This document shows, piece by piece, positions 29,533 through 39,172 of a stretch of 64,000 bases of DNA. This stretch comes from Myxococcota bacterium (GTDB taxonomy: Bacteria; Myxococcota_A; SURF-8): positions 2,464,001-2,528,000 of the forward strand of contig CAXXQS010000001.1 of assembly GCA_963674735.2 (NCBI GenBank), in the 5' to 3' direction. Below the pieces are notes generated by a model. It saw nothing but the letters and a program-made list of their open reading frames with translations, made no database searches and was not told the origin of the DNA. Every line of letters begins with the position of its first letter. Position 1 is the stretch's first letter. Made by a program: the position numbers and the translations under genes.

Positions 29533-31011
29533 ATGGCTTCCTATATTCTGGCCATCGATCAGGGAACCACCAGTTCTCGCGCGTTGATTTTCGACGAGAA
29601 CCTTTCCGTTTTGGGAGTCGGACAACAGGAATTCGAACAGATCTACCCGAAACCGGGTTGGGTGGAGCATAATCCCGAGGCCATCTGGCATTCGGTGGAA
29701 GCCTCGATTTCCATCGCCATCGAAAAGGCCGGGATCAAGGCCAACGATATCGTCGGCATCGGCATCACCAACCAGCGTGAAACGGTTGTTTTGTGGGATC
29801 GTCAAACGGGCAAACCTTTGCACAATGCCGTGGTGTGGCAATGTCGCCGTTCAACGGGAATCTGCCACCGGCTGAAAGAGCAAGGGCTGGAACTCACCTT
29901 CTCAAGCCGCACCGGTCTGCTGCTCGATCCGTATTTCTCGGGCACCAAGCTGACCTGGCTGTTCGAAAACGTCGACGGTCTGCTGGCCAAGGCCAAGGCC
30001 GGAAAAGTGAAAGCCGGAACCATCGACAGCTTCCTGGTGGATCGTCTCACCGGCGGCGCAACCCATGTTACCGATGCCAGCAATGCCTCGCGCACCCTGT
30101 TGATGAACATACACAAGCAGGAATGGGACGAAGAACTGGCGGACGCCCTGGGCGTGCCGATCTCGATTCTACCGCGCATCCGGGGTTGCTCGGAGGTGTA
30201 CGGCAAAACACAGGGACTCTCGGTGCTCCCGGACGGCATTCCCATCGCCGGTATGGCGGGCGATCAGCAGGCGGCCCTTTTCGGTCAAGCCTGTTTCGAA
30301 CCCGGCAGCGCCAAATGTACTTATGGAACCGGGGCCTTTTTGCTGATGAACACCGGCGAAAAAGCCGTAAAAAGCCAGAATCGCTTATTGACCACCATCG
30401 CCTGGCGGATCGGAAATCAAACAACCTACGCCTTGGAGGGTAGCGTCTTCATCGCGGGAGCGGTGGTGCAGTGGCTACGAGACGGCTTGGGGCTTATCCA
30501 AAACAGCGCCGAGGTGGAGGCCCTGGCGGCACAGGTTCCCGATTCGGGCGGCGTCGTTCTGGTGCCGGCCTTCGTGGGCTTGGGAGCTCCACACTGGAAA
30601 GCCGATGCTCGCGGCATCATGACCGGTCTGACACGCGGAACCACCACGGCGCATATCGCCCGCGCCGCCCTCGATGGAATCGCGCTGCAAAATTACGAAA
30701 TTCTCAAAGCGATGGAGTCGGATGCAGGCCGTCCCTTGACCGAATTGAAAGTGGATGGCGGCGCGGCGGCCAACGATCTGCTGATGCAATTCCAGGCCGA
30801 CATCCTCAACTGCTCCATCGAGCGCCCCGAAATGCTCGAAACCACCGTTTTGGGTGCAGCGTTTTTAGCCGGACAAGCGGTGGGGGTGTGGCCAGGCTTC
30901 GACGACATCCGCCGAACGTGGAAACAGGACCGGCGCTTCGATCCCTCCATGGCTGAAGAAGAGCGCCGCGATTATATAGACCGGTGGAAAGCCGCAGTCA
31001 AACTGGCTTGA
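29533..31011 (+). CDS. glpK: Glycerol kinase
   Basis: [31 protein letters not shown] and YALEG. Confidence 0.97.
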   Translation: MASYILAIDQGTTSSRALIFDENLSVLGVGQQEFEQIYPKPGWVEHNPEAIWHSVEASISIAIEKAGIKANDIVGIGITNQRETVVLWDRQTGKPLHNAVVWQCRRSTGICHRLKEQGLELTFSSRTGLLLDPYFSGTKLTWLFENVDGLLAKAKAGKVKAGTIDSFLVDRLTGGATHVTDASNASRTLLMNIHKQEWDEELADALGVPISILPRIRGCSEVYGKTQGLSVLPDGIPIAGMAGDQQAALFGQACFEPGSAKCTYGTGAFLLMNTGEKAVKSQNRLLTTIAWRIGNQTTYALEGSVFIAGAVVQWLRDGLGLIQNSAEVEALAAQVPDSGGVVLVPAFVGLGAPHWKADARGIMTGLTRGTTTAHIARAALDGIALQNYEILKAMESDAGRPLTELKVDGGAAANDLLMQFQADILNCSIERPEMLETTVLGAAFLAGQAVGVWPGFDDIRRTWKQDRRFDPSMAEEERRDYIDRWKAAVKLA

Positions 31012-31113
31012 TCATTATTTCTCGGCCGCTTTGCGGGTGGCACGAGCTTGTGACAGTTAACGACCAACGGAACTGTATGTATCGATCCATGGAATCAGAG
31101 AAAAGGAGATAGC

Positions 31114-32304
31114 ATGCGAGACGTAGTAATCGTAGGAATGGCGCGTACCGCCATCGGAAGTTTTGGCGGCAGCCTTAAAACAATGCTGAGCAACGAACTG
31201 GGCACCATCGCCGTAAAAGAAGCACTCAAACGTTCGGGGCTCCCGGAATCGGAATACGGCCAGATTGACGACGTCCTGATCGGCAATTGCATGATGCGTA
31301 CCGATGAAATCAACGTGGCCCGCTGCATCGGCCTGAAAGCCGGTATCCCCTTCACAACTCCGGCCGCCACCATCCAACGCCAGTGCTCTTCGGGCATGCA
31401 GGCGGCGGTTTTCGGCGCACAAAAAATCTGGTTGGAAGAAGATGAAATTGTGGTGGCGGGTGGTGTCGAAGCCATGTCCAGCGTGCCTTACGTTCTAAAA
31501 GACATGCGCTGGGGTGCCCGGCAATTCGACGTAAAAGCCATCGATTCACTCTTCGAAGGCCTGACCGATCCGCTGGGCGGATTCATGATGGGTATCACCG
31601 CCGAAAACCTGGCGGCCAAATACAACATCAGCCGTGAAGAGCAGGACGAACTGGCGCTGACTTCTCAGCAGCGCGCCTGGCAGGCCATCGACGAGGGTTG
31701 GTACAAGGACGAGATCGTGCCGGTACCCGTTCCGCAACGAAAAGGCGACCCGAAAATCTTCGATACCGACGAACATCCCCGCCGTGGAACCACACTGGAG
31801 ACACTGGCCAAACTTCGTCCCGCATTCAAAAAAGACGGAACCGTAACGGCGGGCAACGCATCCGGGCTCAACGACGGTGCTGCGGCCATGGTTCTGATGA
31901 GTGCGGATAAAGCCAAAGAGTTGGGGCTCAAACCGATCGCACGTATCGTGGCGCACGCGGTGGCCGCCGTGGAACCGGAATTGATGGGTTATGGTCCGGT
32001 CCCGGCCATCAAAAAGCTCTTCAAAAAAACCGGCTTGAACCTGAGCGATATCGACGTGTTCGAAATCAACGAAGCTTTCGCGGCCCAATACCTTGCCTGC
32101 GAAAAAGGCCTCGAACTGGATCGCTCGAAGACAAACCTCGGCGGCTCGGGAATCGCGTTGGGCCATCCGGTCGGCGCAACCGGTTGCCGGATCATGATCT
32201 CGCTGATTCACCATCTCAAGCGTTTGGGCAAGCAGCGCGGGTTGGCTTCGCTGTGTGTCGGCGGTGGCATGGGCAAAGCCGTCGTCGTGGAAATGATGGA
32301 CTGA
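31114..32304 (+). CDS. Acetyl-CoA C-acyltransferase (thiolase)
   Basis: CSSG catalytic Cys, [12 protein letters not shown] and CVGGG. Confidence 0.96.
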   Translation: MRDVVIVGMARTAIGSFGGSLKTMLSNELGTIAVKEALKRSGLPESEYGQIDDVLIGNCMMRTDEINVARCIGLKAGIPFTTPAATIQRQCSSGMQAAVFGAQKIWLEEDEIVVAGGVEAMSSVPYVLKDMRWGARQFDVKAIDSLFEGLTDPLGGFMMGITAENLAAKYNISREEQDELALTSQQRAWQAIDEGWYKDEIVPVPVPQRKGDPKIFDTDEHPRRGTTLETLAKLRPAFKKDGTVTAGNASGLNDGAAAMVLMSADKAKELGLKPIARIVAHAVAAVEPELMGYGPVPAIKKLFKKTGLNLSDIDVFEINEAFAAQYLACEKGLELDRSKTNLGGSGIALGHPVGATGCRIMISLIHHLKRLGKQRGLASLCVGGGMGKAVVVEMMD

Positions 32305-32330
32305 CATACTTGTTTGTAAACAAATGCTCC

Positions 32331-32362
32331 AAACGGGACGCCTCGGCGTCCCGTTTTTTTTT
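32331..32362 (+). terminator. Intrinsic terminator
   Basis: aaacgggacgc-ctcg-gcgtcccgttttttttt. Confidence 0.9.
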
Positions 32363-32476
32363 GCAAGTATTACGATCCCCTTCGCAACATATGTTTTGAC
32401 GTCGGATGATTCATTGCATGCAGATCATATAGTAACCGTTCGGTTCCCAACACGATTTACGGGAGTGAGGTTGAGC

Positions 32477-34093
32477 ATGACGAAAGCACGACAACAGTTT
32501 GCATGTATCTCGATGCTGTTATTGGCATCTGTGATCGTCCTTTTACTAACGGCTTGTGGCGGCGAAGAATCACTGATCGACGGCGATAGCCCCGACGGCG
32601 ATAGCCCCGACGGCGACGACCCGGACGGCGACGACCCGGACGGAGATGATCCGGACGGTGATGACACGCCCGTTTCGGCGATTTTGAAGCTGGATGCGGA
32701 AGATCCCCCCGATGTTTTCACTCCCCTGTCGATCGTCGAGCTCGATGCCTCGGCCACTGCAGCCGCATTCGGTATCGACCTTGAAAACCTGCAATTTTAC
32801 TGGGACTGGGCCGAAGGTGGCCATCCTCAAGGCGCGCAAGACAGCCAGCTAGTCTGCGACGATTGCTCGCTCGACCCACCCATCGATTCCCTGATCGGAC
32901 GCTGGTCGGACTCCGCTTTCGCCAAACTATACCTAGCCGTGTCCGGCGATTACAAGATTCGCGTTAGAGCACGTCCCCTCGGCGCCGAAAGCGTGGACGG
33001 CGAATGTCCGGACTGCAGCAGCTGGGGTGAAATCATGGTTAAAGCGGTCCCGTCGGCTCGATTGCATGCCGAATTGGTTTGGGACAAGGGCTCGAACATC
33101 GATATGGACCTTTTCATGGTGCGTCACCGCGACAACGGCACCTTCGCCACGCCGAGAGCATACGGAGACCGGATCCATCCTCCGCAGATTACCATGCCGG
33201 CTTGCACCAGCGATGCCGACTGTTTCGACAGCGCCTTCGCCTGCGACACCAGTTCCGAAACCTGCTTGAATGAATGCACCAGCGATTCGGATTGTCAGGC
33301 CGCCAACCGCGGCTGGGAATGCAGTACCGACGGCGCCTGCGAAGTCAACCAAAACCGTATCATCCCCTGTGATAACGATGATGATTGCGGTGCGGAAGGT
33401 TACTGCAGCATCGGAGAGATCAATAACTCCCAACAACAGGCGTTCTGTGCGCAACACTCGTTTGAGGCTGCCAACGACACCTGTTTCTACAATTCGCCTT
33501 CCCCGAGCTGGGGCGAGTATGAGAGCACGTCCACATCCTGCAACAGTCATGCGGTTTGCCTGGCCGAGGGACCGAATCAGTTGTGTGGTGACGACGGATT
33601 ATGCCTGATCGACAATCTCGACGACAACCCGACCCTCGACATCGATGACGTGGACGGTTGGGGCCCCGAAAACATGTCTCTGATCGACCCCGCTCCCGGC
33701 AGATACCGGTTGGTGGTGAGGTTGTACGCGGATCCGAACCTCCTCTTGAGTGACGAAGTACAAGCCACCGCCGTCCTGCGTCTTTTCCTCGACGGCCAGG
33801 AATGGAACGAGGGCAGCTTGAGCCAAGCTTTCGACAGCCCGGGAACCTACTGGAAAGCGGCTGATGTCATCGTGGATGAATTGGGAACGATGAGTGTGGT
33901 TTCCTTGTGTGGAGATGAGGGATGTAACGCCGTTGAAGATTTCGAGGATAATCCCTACGCCAACCCATTCGTCACTATTTCGGGCGGAATGTTCGACCCT
34001 CTGAGCGACCTGGTAGCGCGTTCCATTTGGTGTGATGCTTCGACCGATCAAATCGATGAAAGTACGACTTGTGCGACGTTGTATGGGGAATAG
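32477..34093 (+). CDS. Cys-rich lipoprotein with DGDDP linker and a YfaP/DUF2135-like domain
   Basis: ATG 32477 after GAGG; lipobox LTAC; ELVWD...DMDL and LDIDDVDGWGPEN...GRY motifs flank CxxDxDC repeats. Confidence 0.8.
   Translation: MTKARQQFACISMLLLASVIVLLLTACGGEESLIDGDSPDGDSPDGDDPDGDDPDGDDPDGDDTPVSAILKLDAEDPPDVFTPLSIVELDASATAAAFGIDLENLQFYWDWAEGGHPQGAQDSQLVCDDCSLDPPIDSLIGRWSDSAFAKLYLAVSGDYKIRVRARPLGAESVDGECPDCSSWGEIMVKAVPSARLHAELVWDKGSNIDMDLFMVRHRDNGTFATPRAYGDRIHPPQITMPACTSDADCFDSAFACDTSSETCLNECTSDSDCQAANRGWECSTDGACEVNQNRIIPCDNDDDCGAEGYCSIGEINNSQQQAFCAQHSFEAANDTCFYNSPSPSWGEYESTSTSCNSHAVCLAEGPNQLCGDDGLCLIDNLDDNPTLDIDDVDGWGPENMSLIDPAPGRYRLVVRLYADPNLLLSDEVQATAVLRLFLDGQEWNEGSLSQAFDSPGTYWKAADVIVDELGTMSVVSLCGDEGCNAVEDFEDNPYANPFVTISGGMFDPLSDLVARSIWCDASTDQIDESTTCATLYGE
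32579..32668 (+). repeat. 15-bp coding tandem repeat x6 (DGDSP/DGDDP)
   Basis: Read directly from the sequence. Confidence 0.93.
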
Positions 34094-34117
34094 CGGTTGA
34101 CCCTGCCCCCTGCCCCC

Positions 34118-34147
34118 TGCCCTCGCGCCTTTGCGCGGGGGCATTTC
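34118..34147 (+). terminator. Probable intrinsic terminator
   Basis: tgccctcgcgc-cttt-gcgcgggggca followed by tttc. Confidence 0.6.
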
Positions 34148-34300
34148 CTTACTCTTCTATTGAACAATCGTTTGCCATAACAAAATTATCACCTGTAGCA
34201 ACTTCCTCCCGACAATCCGTTTTTCCATTTGTTGGAATGATCCGAACGTGCTAGCCTTCCTAGTATTATCAAGGTTTGCGCGACAATTCCAGCGCATGGG

Positions 34301-35800
34301 ATGAAATCTTCTCAGGGGTTCTCAAATATGCGAAACCGGACACTCATTTCCACGGATGCAAGACGACTCGGCATCCATCCAAAATACGGCATGCTTTATA
34401 CGATTCTTGCCATAATCGTCTTTACATGGATGTCAGTCGCAGCGGCCTTTGCTCACGAGAGCAATTCGACAGGTCAATCCACCCCGAAACCACATAAAAC
34501 GGCAGTTAATCCGCAAACCGATGAAATGAAACAGGTTTCTTCTCCCGACTTCGCCCACATTCCACCCATGGAATTAACGGTTGTGCGGGTACTCGACGAC
34601 GATTTCACTCCCATCAGCGACGACGATCTCCGCGAAATTCTGGCGACCGCCCAACACATGTACCACGATAAGTTCGGCGTGAACAACGTCACATTCCGCG
34701 ATGCCGGAGTCTTATCGATCGAAGAATTTTTCAACACCAACCTCATGCGCGATCCGACCATTTACGAGCAAAAACAGGCTCGCCGCTTTCGGATCGGACA
34801 AACGAACGATTTCAGCCGACATCAGGCCTCCATCAAATCGTTTATCAAGAACTGGACCGTAGCGGAATTGCAGGGTTTCTTTCCCGAATCCGAGCGCGCC
34901 GACTACGCCACCCACGACGATATCGTACGCGGACTTGAAGAGCAGATGCAGCGCAAGATCAAGGAAATCGCAGGTTTCACCGCCAACAAGCAACCGCTGC
35001 TAAGACCTTCAAAAGCCGAGTTGCGGAGTTTTCTCAACTGGTTGGCTGTCCTGGAAAACCAGCAAGACTACGATTTGGTATTGACTAACGCCTTCATTCT
35101 TTACGACGACATGAGCCAACCATCACCTCATAGCATTTTCTCCAAATGCAAAGTCGGCGGGGTCTCTCATAAAAATGCTCACCGCCTTGCGTTGGGGGGG
35201 CGCGTGATCATGGGCTCCACCTTCGGAATGGACACCGACATTCCCTTTTTCATGGAACGTGAAGGCGTGCGGACCTCACGCCACGACCGCAACCGCGTCA
35301 CCGGTGCGTTTGTCATCGCTCACGAACTGGGGCATGCCGTTTTCAAGCTTCCCGATCATTACAACCATCCCCCCGTGTGTCTGATGAACAACAGCAAGGA
35401 GCTCACCTACAGGGAAGGTTTCGACCTGTTGACAACGCATCCCGGCCCCTGCCCGCTTTGCAAACCCTGGCTCGCCGCACGGGACGCTTTTTGGGATGCC
35501 GAATGGGCATTCGACCAGAAAAATTGGGCTCTGGCGGAGGACCGCTACAACGTGGTGGTGCGCACGACTCCTAAAAACGTAGACGGTTATTACCCGGGTT
35601 ACATGGCTTACGTCGCCTATAAGCTTTCCAAGGTGTACGACGCCACCAAGCGTCCCGATTTGGCCTTATCGCGCGCCGAAACCGCCGTCAAGCTTTACCG
35701 ATGGGATGATACCTATGTTAAGTGGCGGGATACGCTTAAAACCCGACACAGCCCGACACCACCCGAAAACGTCGTCGAACGGGTCGGGGGACGACCATGA
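34301..35800 (+). CDS. Secreted zinc metallopeptidase with C-terminal TPR-like helices
   Basis: Signal-like hydrophobic segment ending AFA; HELGH...LPDH...CLM...CPLC. True start may be downstream (e.g. MLYTIL). Confidence 0.75.
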   Translation: MKSSQGFSNMRNRTLISTDARRLGIHPKYGMLYTILAIIVFTWMSVAAAFAHESNSTGQSTPKPHKTAVNPQTDEMKQVSSPDFAHIPPMELTVVRVLDDDFTPISDDDLREILATAQHMYHDKFGVNNVTFRDAGVLSIEEFFNTNLMRDPTIYEQKQARRFRIGQTNDFSRHQASIKSFIKNWTVAELQGFFPESERADYATHDDIVRGLEEQMQRKIKEIAGFTANKQPLLRPSKAELRSFLNWLAVLENQQDYDLVLTNAFILYDDMSQPSPHSIFSKCKVGGVSHKNAHRLALGGRVIMGSTFGMDTDIPFFMEREGVRTSRHDRNRVTGAFVIAHELGHAVFKLPDHYNHPPVCLMNNSKELTYREGFDLLTTHPGPCPLCKPWLAARDAFWDAEWAFDQKNWALAEDRYNVVVRTTPKNVDGYYPGYMAYVAYKLSKVYDATKRPDLALSRAETAVKLYRWDDTYVKWRDTLKTRHSPTPPENVVERVGGRP

Positions 35801-36684
35801 GGCACAGACCCTGTAGAGATATGCGCAGCGTTACTAAGCTTGTGCCAATCTTCTCTCTGGGGCTTCTGCTGAGTTGGCTGTCAACGGCCTGCGTCTCTCA
35901 CGTCAACCCCAGTTTTTCAGCCTATCGAATCATACGCCCCAACATCTCGGCTGCCGAGATACGCCTCGAATACAACGCAGAAAACAACTGGGATGCCCGG
36001 ATGATAAGCGCGGCTGTAGAAGCCGCGATCCCCAAAGCTACACGCTGGGGCCCCTTAGAAAACCAAGTTGTTATCAGTATTTATCCAACTCACGACGACT
36101 TGGAACGCGCAATCCGCAAGCCGGGCGTTCACTGGCTGCGCGCCTGGGCCACTTATGACCACATCCACTTGCAAGCACCGTCTACCTGGGGTAGCGGAAG
36201 CCTTGAAAGGCGCGTCAATGAGCTGATCGCCCACGAACTGACCCACGTCGTGATGTACCAACAGGTTGGCAATGCCAAAAGTTGGCGAACGATCAATATT
36301 CCTCTATGGTTCCGGGAAGGTATGGCTTCCGTCACCGCCGGACAAGCCGCCGGTCGGCTGCCGCGCGACGTATTGGCCGAGAGGTTGGTGGCGTTGCAGT
36401 TCGATGGCGATCCGGTGCTGGAAGCCGATAAAATCGTCAATAATCACCCTCAGGAAGTATATAGCCTGGGACATTGGTTATTCGCCGATTTGCTCGAACT
36501 GAAAGGTGAAGCCCCCATCCGGGCCATGCTGCGTGGCTTGCGATCAGGGCAAAGTTTCCGTGAAGCCTGGCACAAACACCTGGGCGACTATATGGATACT
36601 TACATAGCATCTTGGACGGAACGCCTTGTTACCCATGGCGCCGCAGGTGGTGCAAACGCAACAGCCAGCCCCCCGCTTCTGTGA
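35797..36684 (+). CDS. Lipoprotein metallopeptidase, clan MA (gluzincin-like)
   Basis: Lipobox STAC; HELTH followed by PLWFREG; ATGA overlap with the upstream gene. Confidence 0.8.
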   Translation: MRHRPCRDMRSVTKLVPIFSLGLLLSWLSTACVSHVNPSFSAYRIIRPNISAAEIRLEYNAENNWDARMISAAVEAAIPKATRWGPLENQVVISIYPTHDDLERAIRKPGVHWLRAWATYDHIHLQAPSTWGSGSLERRVNELIAHELTHVVMYQQVGNAKSWRTINIPLWFREGMASVTAGQAAGRLPRDVLAERLVALQFDGDPVLEADKIVNNHPQEVYSLGHWLFADLLELKGEAPIRAMLRGLRSGQSFREAWHKHLGDYMDTYIASWTERLVTHGAAGGANATASPPLL

Positions 36685-36998
36685 AATTCGGTTTGGACAC
36701 CCTAACTTGCCGACGAATTAGGTTCCCTCATACGAAGGTACTCAAGCCCTCCGTTCAACCCGGTTTAAAATGAAACCGTTCTCCTTTTCACCGCTTTTTA
36801 ATGGACACGTTCACATTTTTCGGGAATCATGCCACCGCTCGTGGCGTCCTGTCTGCAAGTAAAGCTATACGGCCTTCCGTTTCGCTTTTTGAAAGGGATT
36901 TTTCACTTGCATTTCCGATAAGATGCCCGATAATTGAGGCAATATGTTTGGGGTTTGAGAAGGACGGGCGCCTTCCATACCGGAAAGATGGGTAGGGG

Positions 36999-39116
36999 AT
37001 GAACGAACCATTGAAGGTCGTACTTCTATGGCATATGCATCAGCCGTCGTATGACGACCCGGATACGGGCCATGCGCTGATGCCATGGGTCCGCCTGCAT
37101 GCCATGAAAGACTACTACGACATGGCCAAGGTGATCGAGGATGTCCCCGGTGCGAAAGCGGTGATCAATGTCGTTCCGTCGCTATGGGATCAACTGCTGA
37201 ACCTCTCGGAAGGCTCCTGGCTCGACGAACACGAAATCCTGGCTCGCCGACCCGCCCGAGACCTTTCCGACGACGAGCGCCGCTACCTGGCCAAACAATT
37301 TTTCGCGGCGCACCCGGACAGCATGATCGAACCTTACCCGCGCTATGTCGAGTTGAAAAATCGATATGACGGTCCGCAGGGTGAAAAACGCATTCTAAAA
37401 GCACCGGCACGGGATCTGCGTGACATTCAGGTCTGGTTTCATATCGCCTGGTGCGGACACACACTCAAACATGATCCGCTGGTTGCGGGACTGATCGACA
37501 AAGGACGTCATTTCAAAGAAGACGAAAAGCTGGCCTTGCTCGACCGCATCCGCGCTTTTTTAAATGAAATCCCGACGCTGTACCGTAAGCTCTCCGACAG
37601 CGGGCAGATCGAAGTCAGCACCACGCCCTACTATCATCCGATTTTGCCCTTATTGATCGACCCTGAATCGGCGCTTGTGGCCTGCCCCGGCATGAACCTG
37701 CCACGCGGTCGACGCAGTCTGGCCGCAGACGCCGAGCGCCAGATCGATCTTGCCGTACAACGCCACGAAAAATTGTTCGGGCACCCACCCGCCGGTTTCT
37801 GGCCCTCCGAAGGATCGGTATCGCCCGAAGTCGCCAAATTGATGGCCAGCAAAGGTGTGCGCTGGATCGCCACCGACGAAGAAGTCTTAAAGGCATCGCT
37901 ACGTAAAGACACATTGGAAGCGGCAGATAAATACCGCATCTACGCTTTCGGGGGAACCCACCTGTTTTTCCGCGACCATGGACTGTCGGATGGCATCGGT
38001 TTTGAATACCAGAAACTCGATACGGAAGAAGCAGTAGAGACTTTTATCGGCCACCTACGGACCATCCACCAATCCCTTCCCGACGAACCGGGCTTTGTGG
38101 TGCCGGTTATTCTGGATGGTGAAAACTGTTGGGAATTTTACAGCGAACAAGGACGCCCTTTTCTCAAACAGCTCTATACGGAACTGGTAAAAGATCCGAG
38201 TCTCGAACTCGGCACCTGTTCGGAAGCCCTCGATTTGGACGTACCGATCAGAAAACTCGATTATTTGCACAGCGGCTCCTGGATTTTCGCCAATTTCACG
38301 ACTTGGATAGGCGATCCGGTTAAAAACCGGGCCTGGGAACTCCTGTATCAGGCGCGTCAAATAGCGGAAGAAACACTGGCCGCCGGAAATCTGAACGACG
38401 AAGCCGAAACCGCCCTCTGGGAACATATTCTGGCAGCCGAGGGGAGTGACTGGTTCTGGTGGTTCGGCGAAGGACACACCACGGCCTTCGATCCCATGTT
38501 CGACGCTCTGTTCCGAAAGCGTCTCGCCGCCATTTATCGGAGTTGCAATCAGGAATTACCCGAAGCACTACTGCGTCCGGTGGATCACCGCTGGGCGACC
38601 GAAACGCCGTACATTCTTCCGACCTACAGCCTGCATCCACACATTGATGGACGAATCACCAGTTATTACGAATGGTTATCGGCCGGAGCCTGCTACCCCG
38701 CTGCGGGGGCCATGCAACGCATCGCGACTATGATGACCAAGCTCAGTTTTGGTTTCGACGACCGTCACTTGTATCTGCGCATTGAAGGTCCGGCCATCGA
38801 GCAACTCAAGTCGGGTGAGGCTCGGTTGTCGCTATTCTTCGAAGTTCCGTCAAACAACTCCAAAACGCTGTCGTTATCTCTCCCGCAAGAGGAACAAATT
38901 GAAACCCCGGAAGGTTTTCATTATGCGATGGACCAAGTGATCGAGGCGGCTCTGCCCTTCGCCGCCTTAAGCACGGAATTAAAGCCGGGAGAACCGATCG
39001 AATTTTACGTAGCCTTAGAACGCAATAATCGAGAAGTCGAGCGGTTGCCCGATGGGGCGCCGATCGTCCTGCCTTTTCCGTCCGAAACCTTCGACGACGA
39101 AAATTGGCAGGTCTAA
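36999..39116 (+). CDS. GH57 glycoside hydrolase (amylopullulanase-like)
   Basis: WHMHQP, PYYHPILPL, WPSEG nucleophile, LDGENCWE and AEGSDWFWW. Confidence 0.93.
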   Translation: MNEPLKVVLLWHMHQPSYDDPDTGHALMPWVRLHAMKDYYDMAKVIEDVPGAKAVINVVPSLWDQLLNLSEGSWLDEHEILARRPARDLSDDERRYLAKQFFAAHPDSMIEPYPRYVELKNRYDGPQGEKRILKAPARDLRDIQVWFHIAWCGHTLKHDPLVAGLIDKGRHFKEDEKLALLDRIRAFLNEIPTLYRKLSDSGQIEVSTTPYYHPILPLLIDPESALVACPGMNLPRGRRSLAADAERQIDLAVQRHEKLFGHPPAGFWPSEGSVSPEVAKLMASKGVRWIATDEEVLKASLRKDTLEAADKYRIYAFGGTHLFFRDHGLSDGIGFEYQKLDTEEAVETFIGHLRTIHQSLPDEPGFVVPVILDGENCWEFYSEQGRPFLKQLYTELVKDPSLELGTCSEALDLDVPIRKLDYLHSGSWIFANFTTWIGDPVKNRAWELLYQARQIAEETLAAGNLNDEAETALWEHILAAEGSDWFWWFGEGHTTAFDPMFDALFRKRLAAIYRSCNQELPEALLRPVDHRWATETPYILPTYSLHPHIDGRITSYYEWLSAGACYPAAGAMQRIATMMTKLSFGFDDRHLYLRIEGPAIEQLKSGEARLSLFFEVPSNNSKTLSLSLPQEEQIETPEGFHYAMDQVIEAALPFAALSTELKPGEPIEFYVALERNNREVERLPDGAPIVLPFPSETFDDENWQV

Positions 39117-39172
39117 CCGACATCACCCGAACCCGCCTTATGGCGGCCGGATAAGAGCGGATGGAAACAAAT

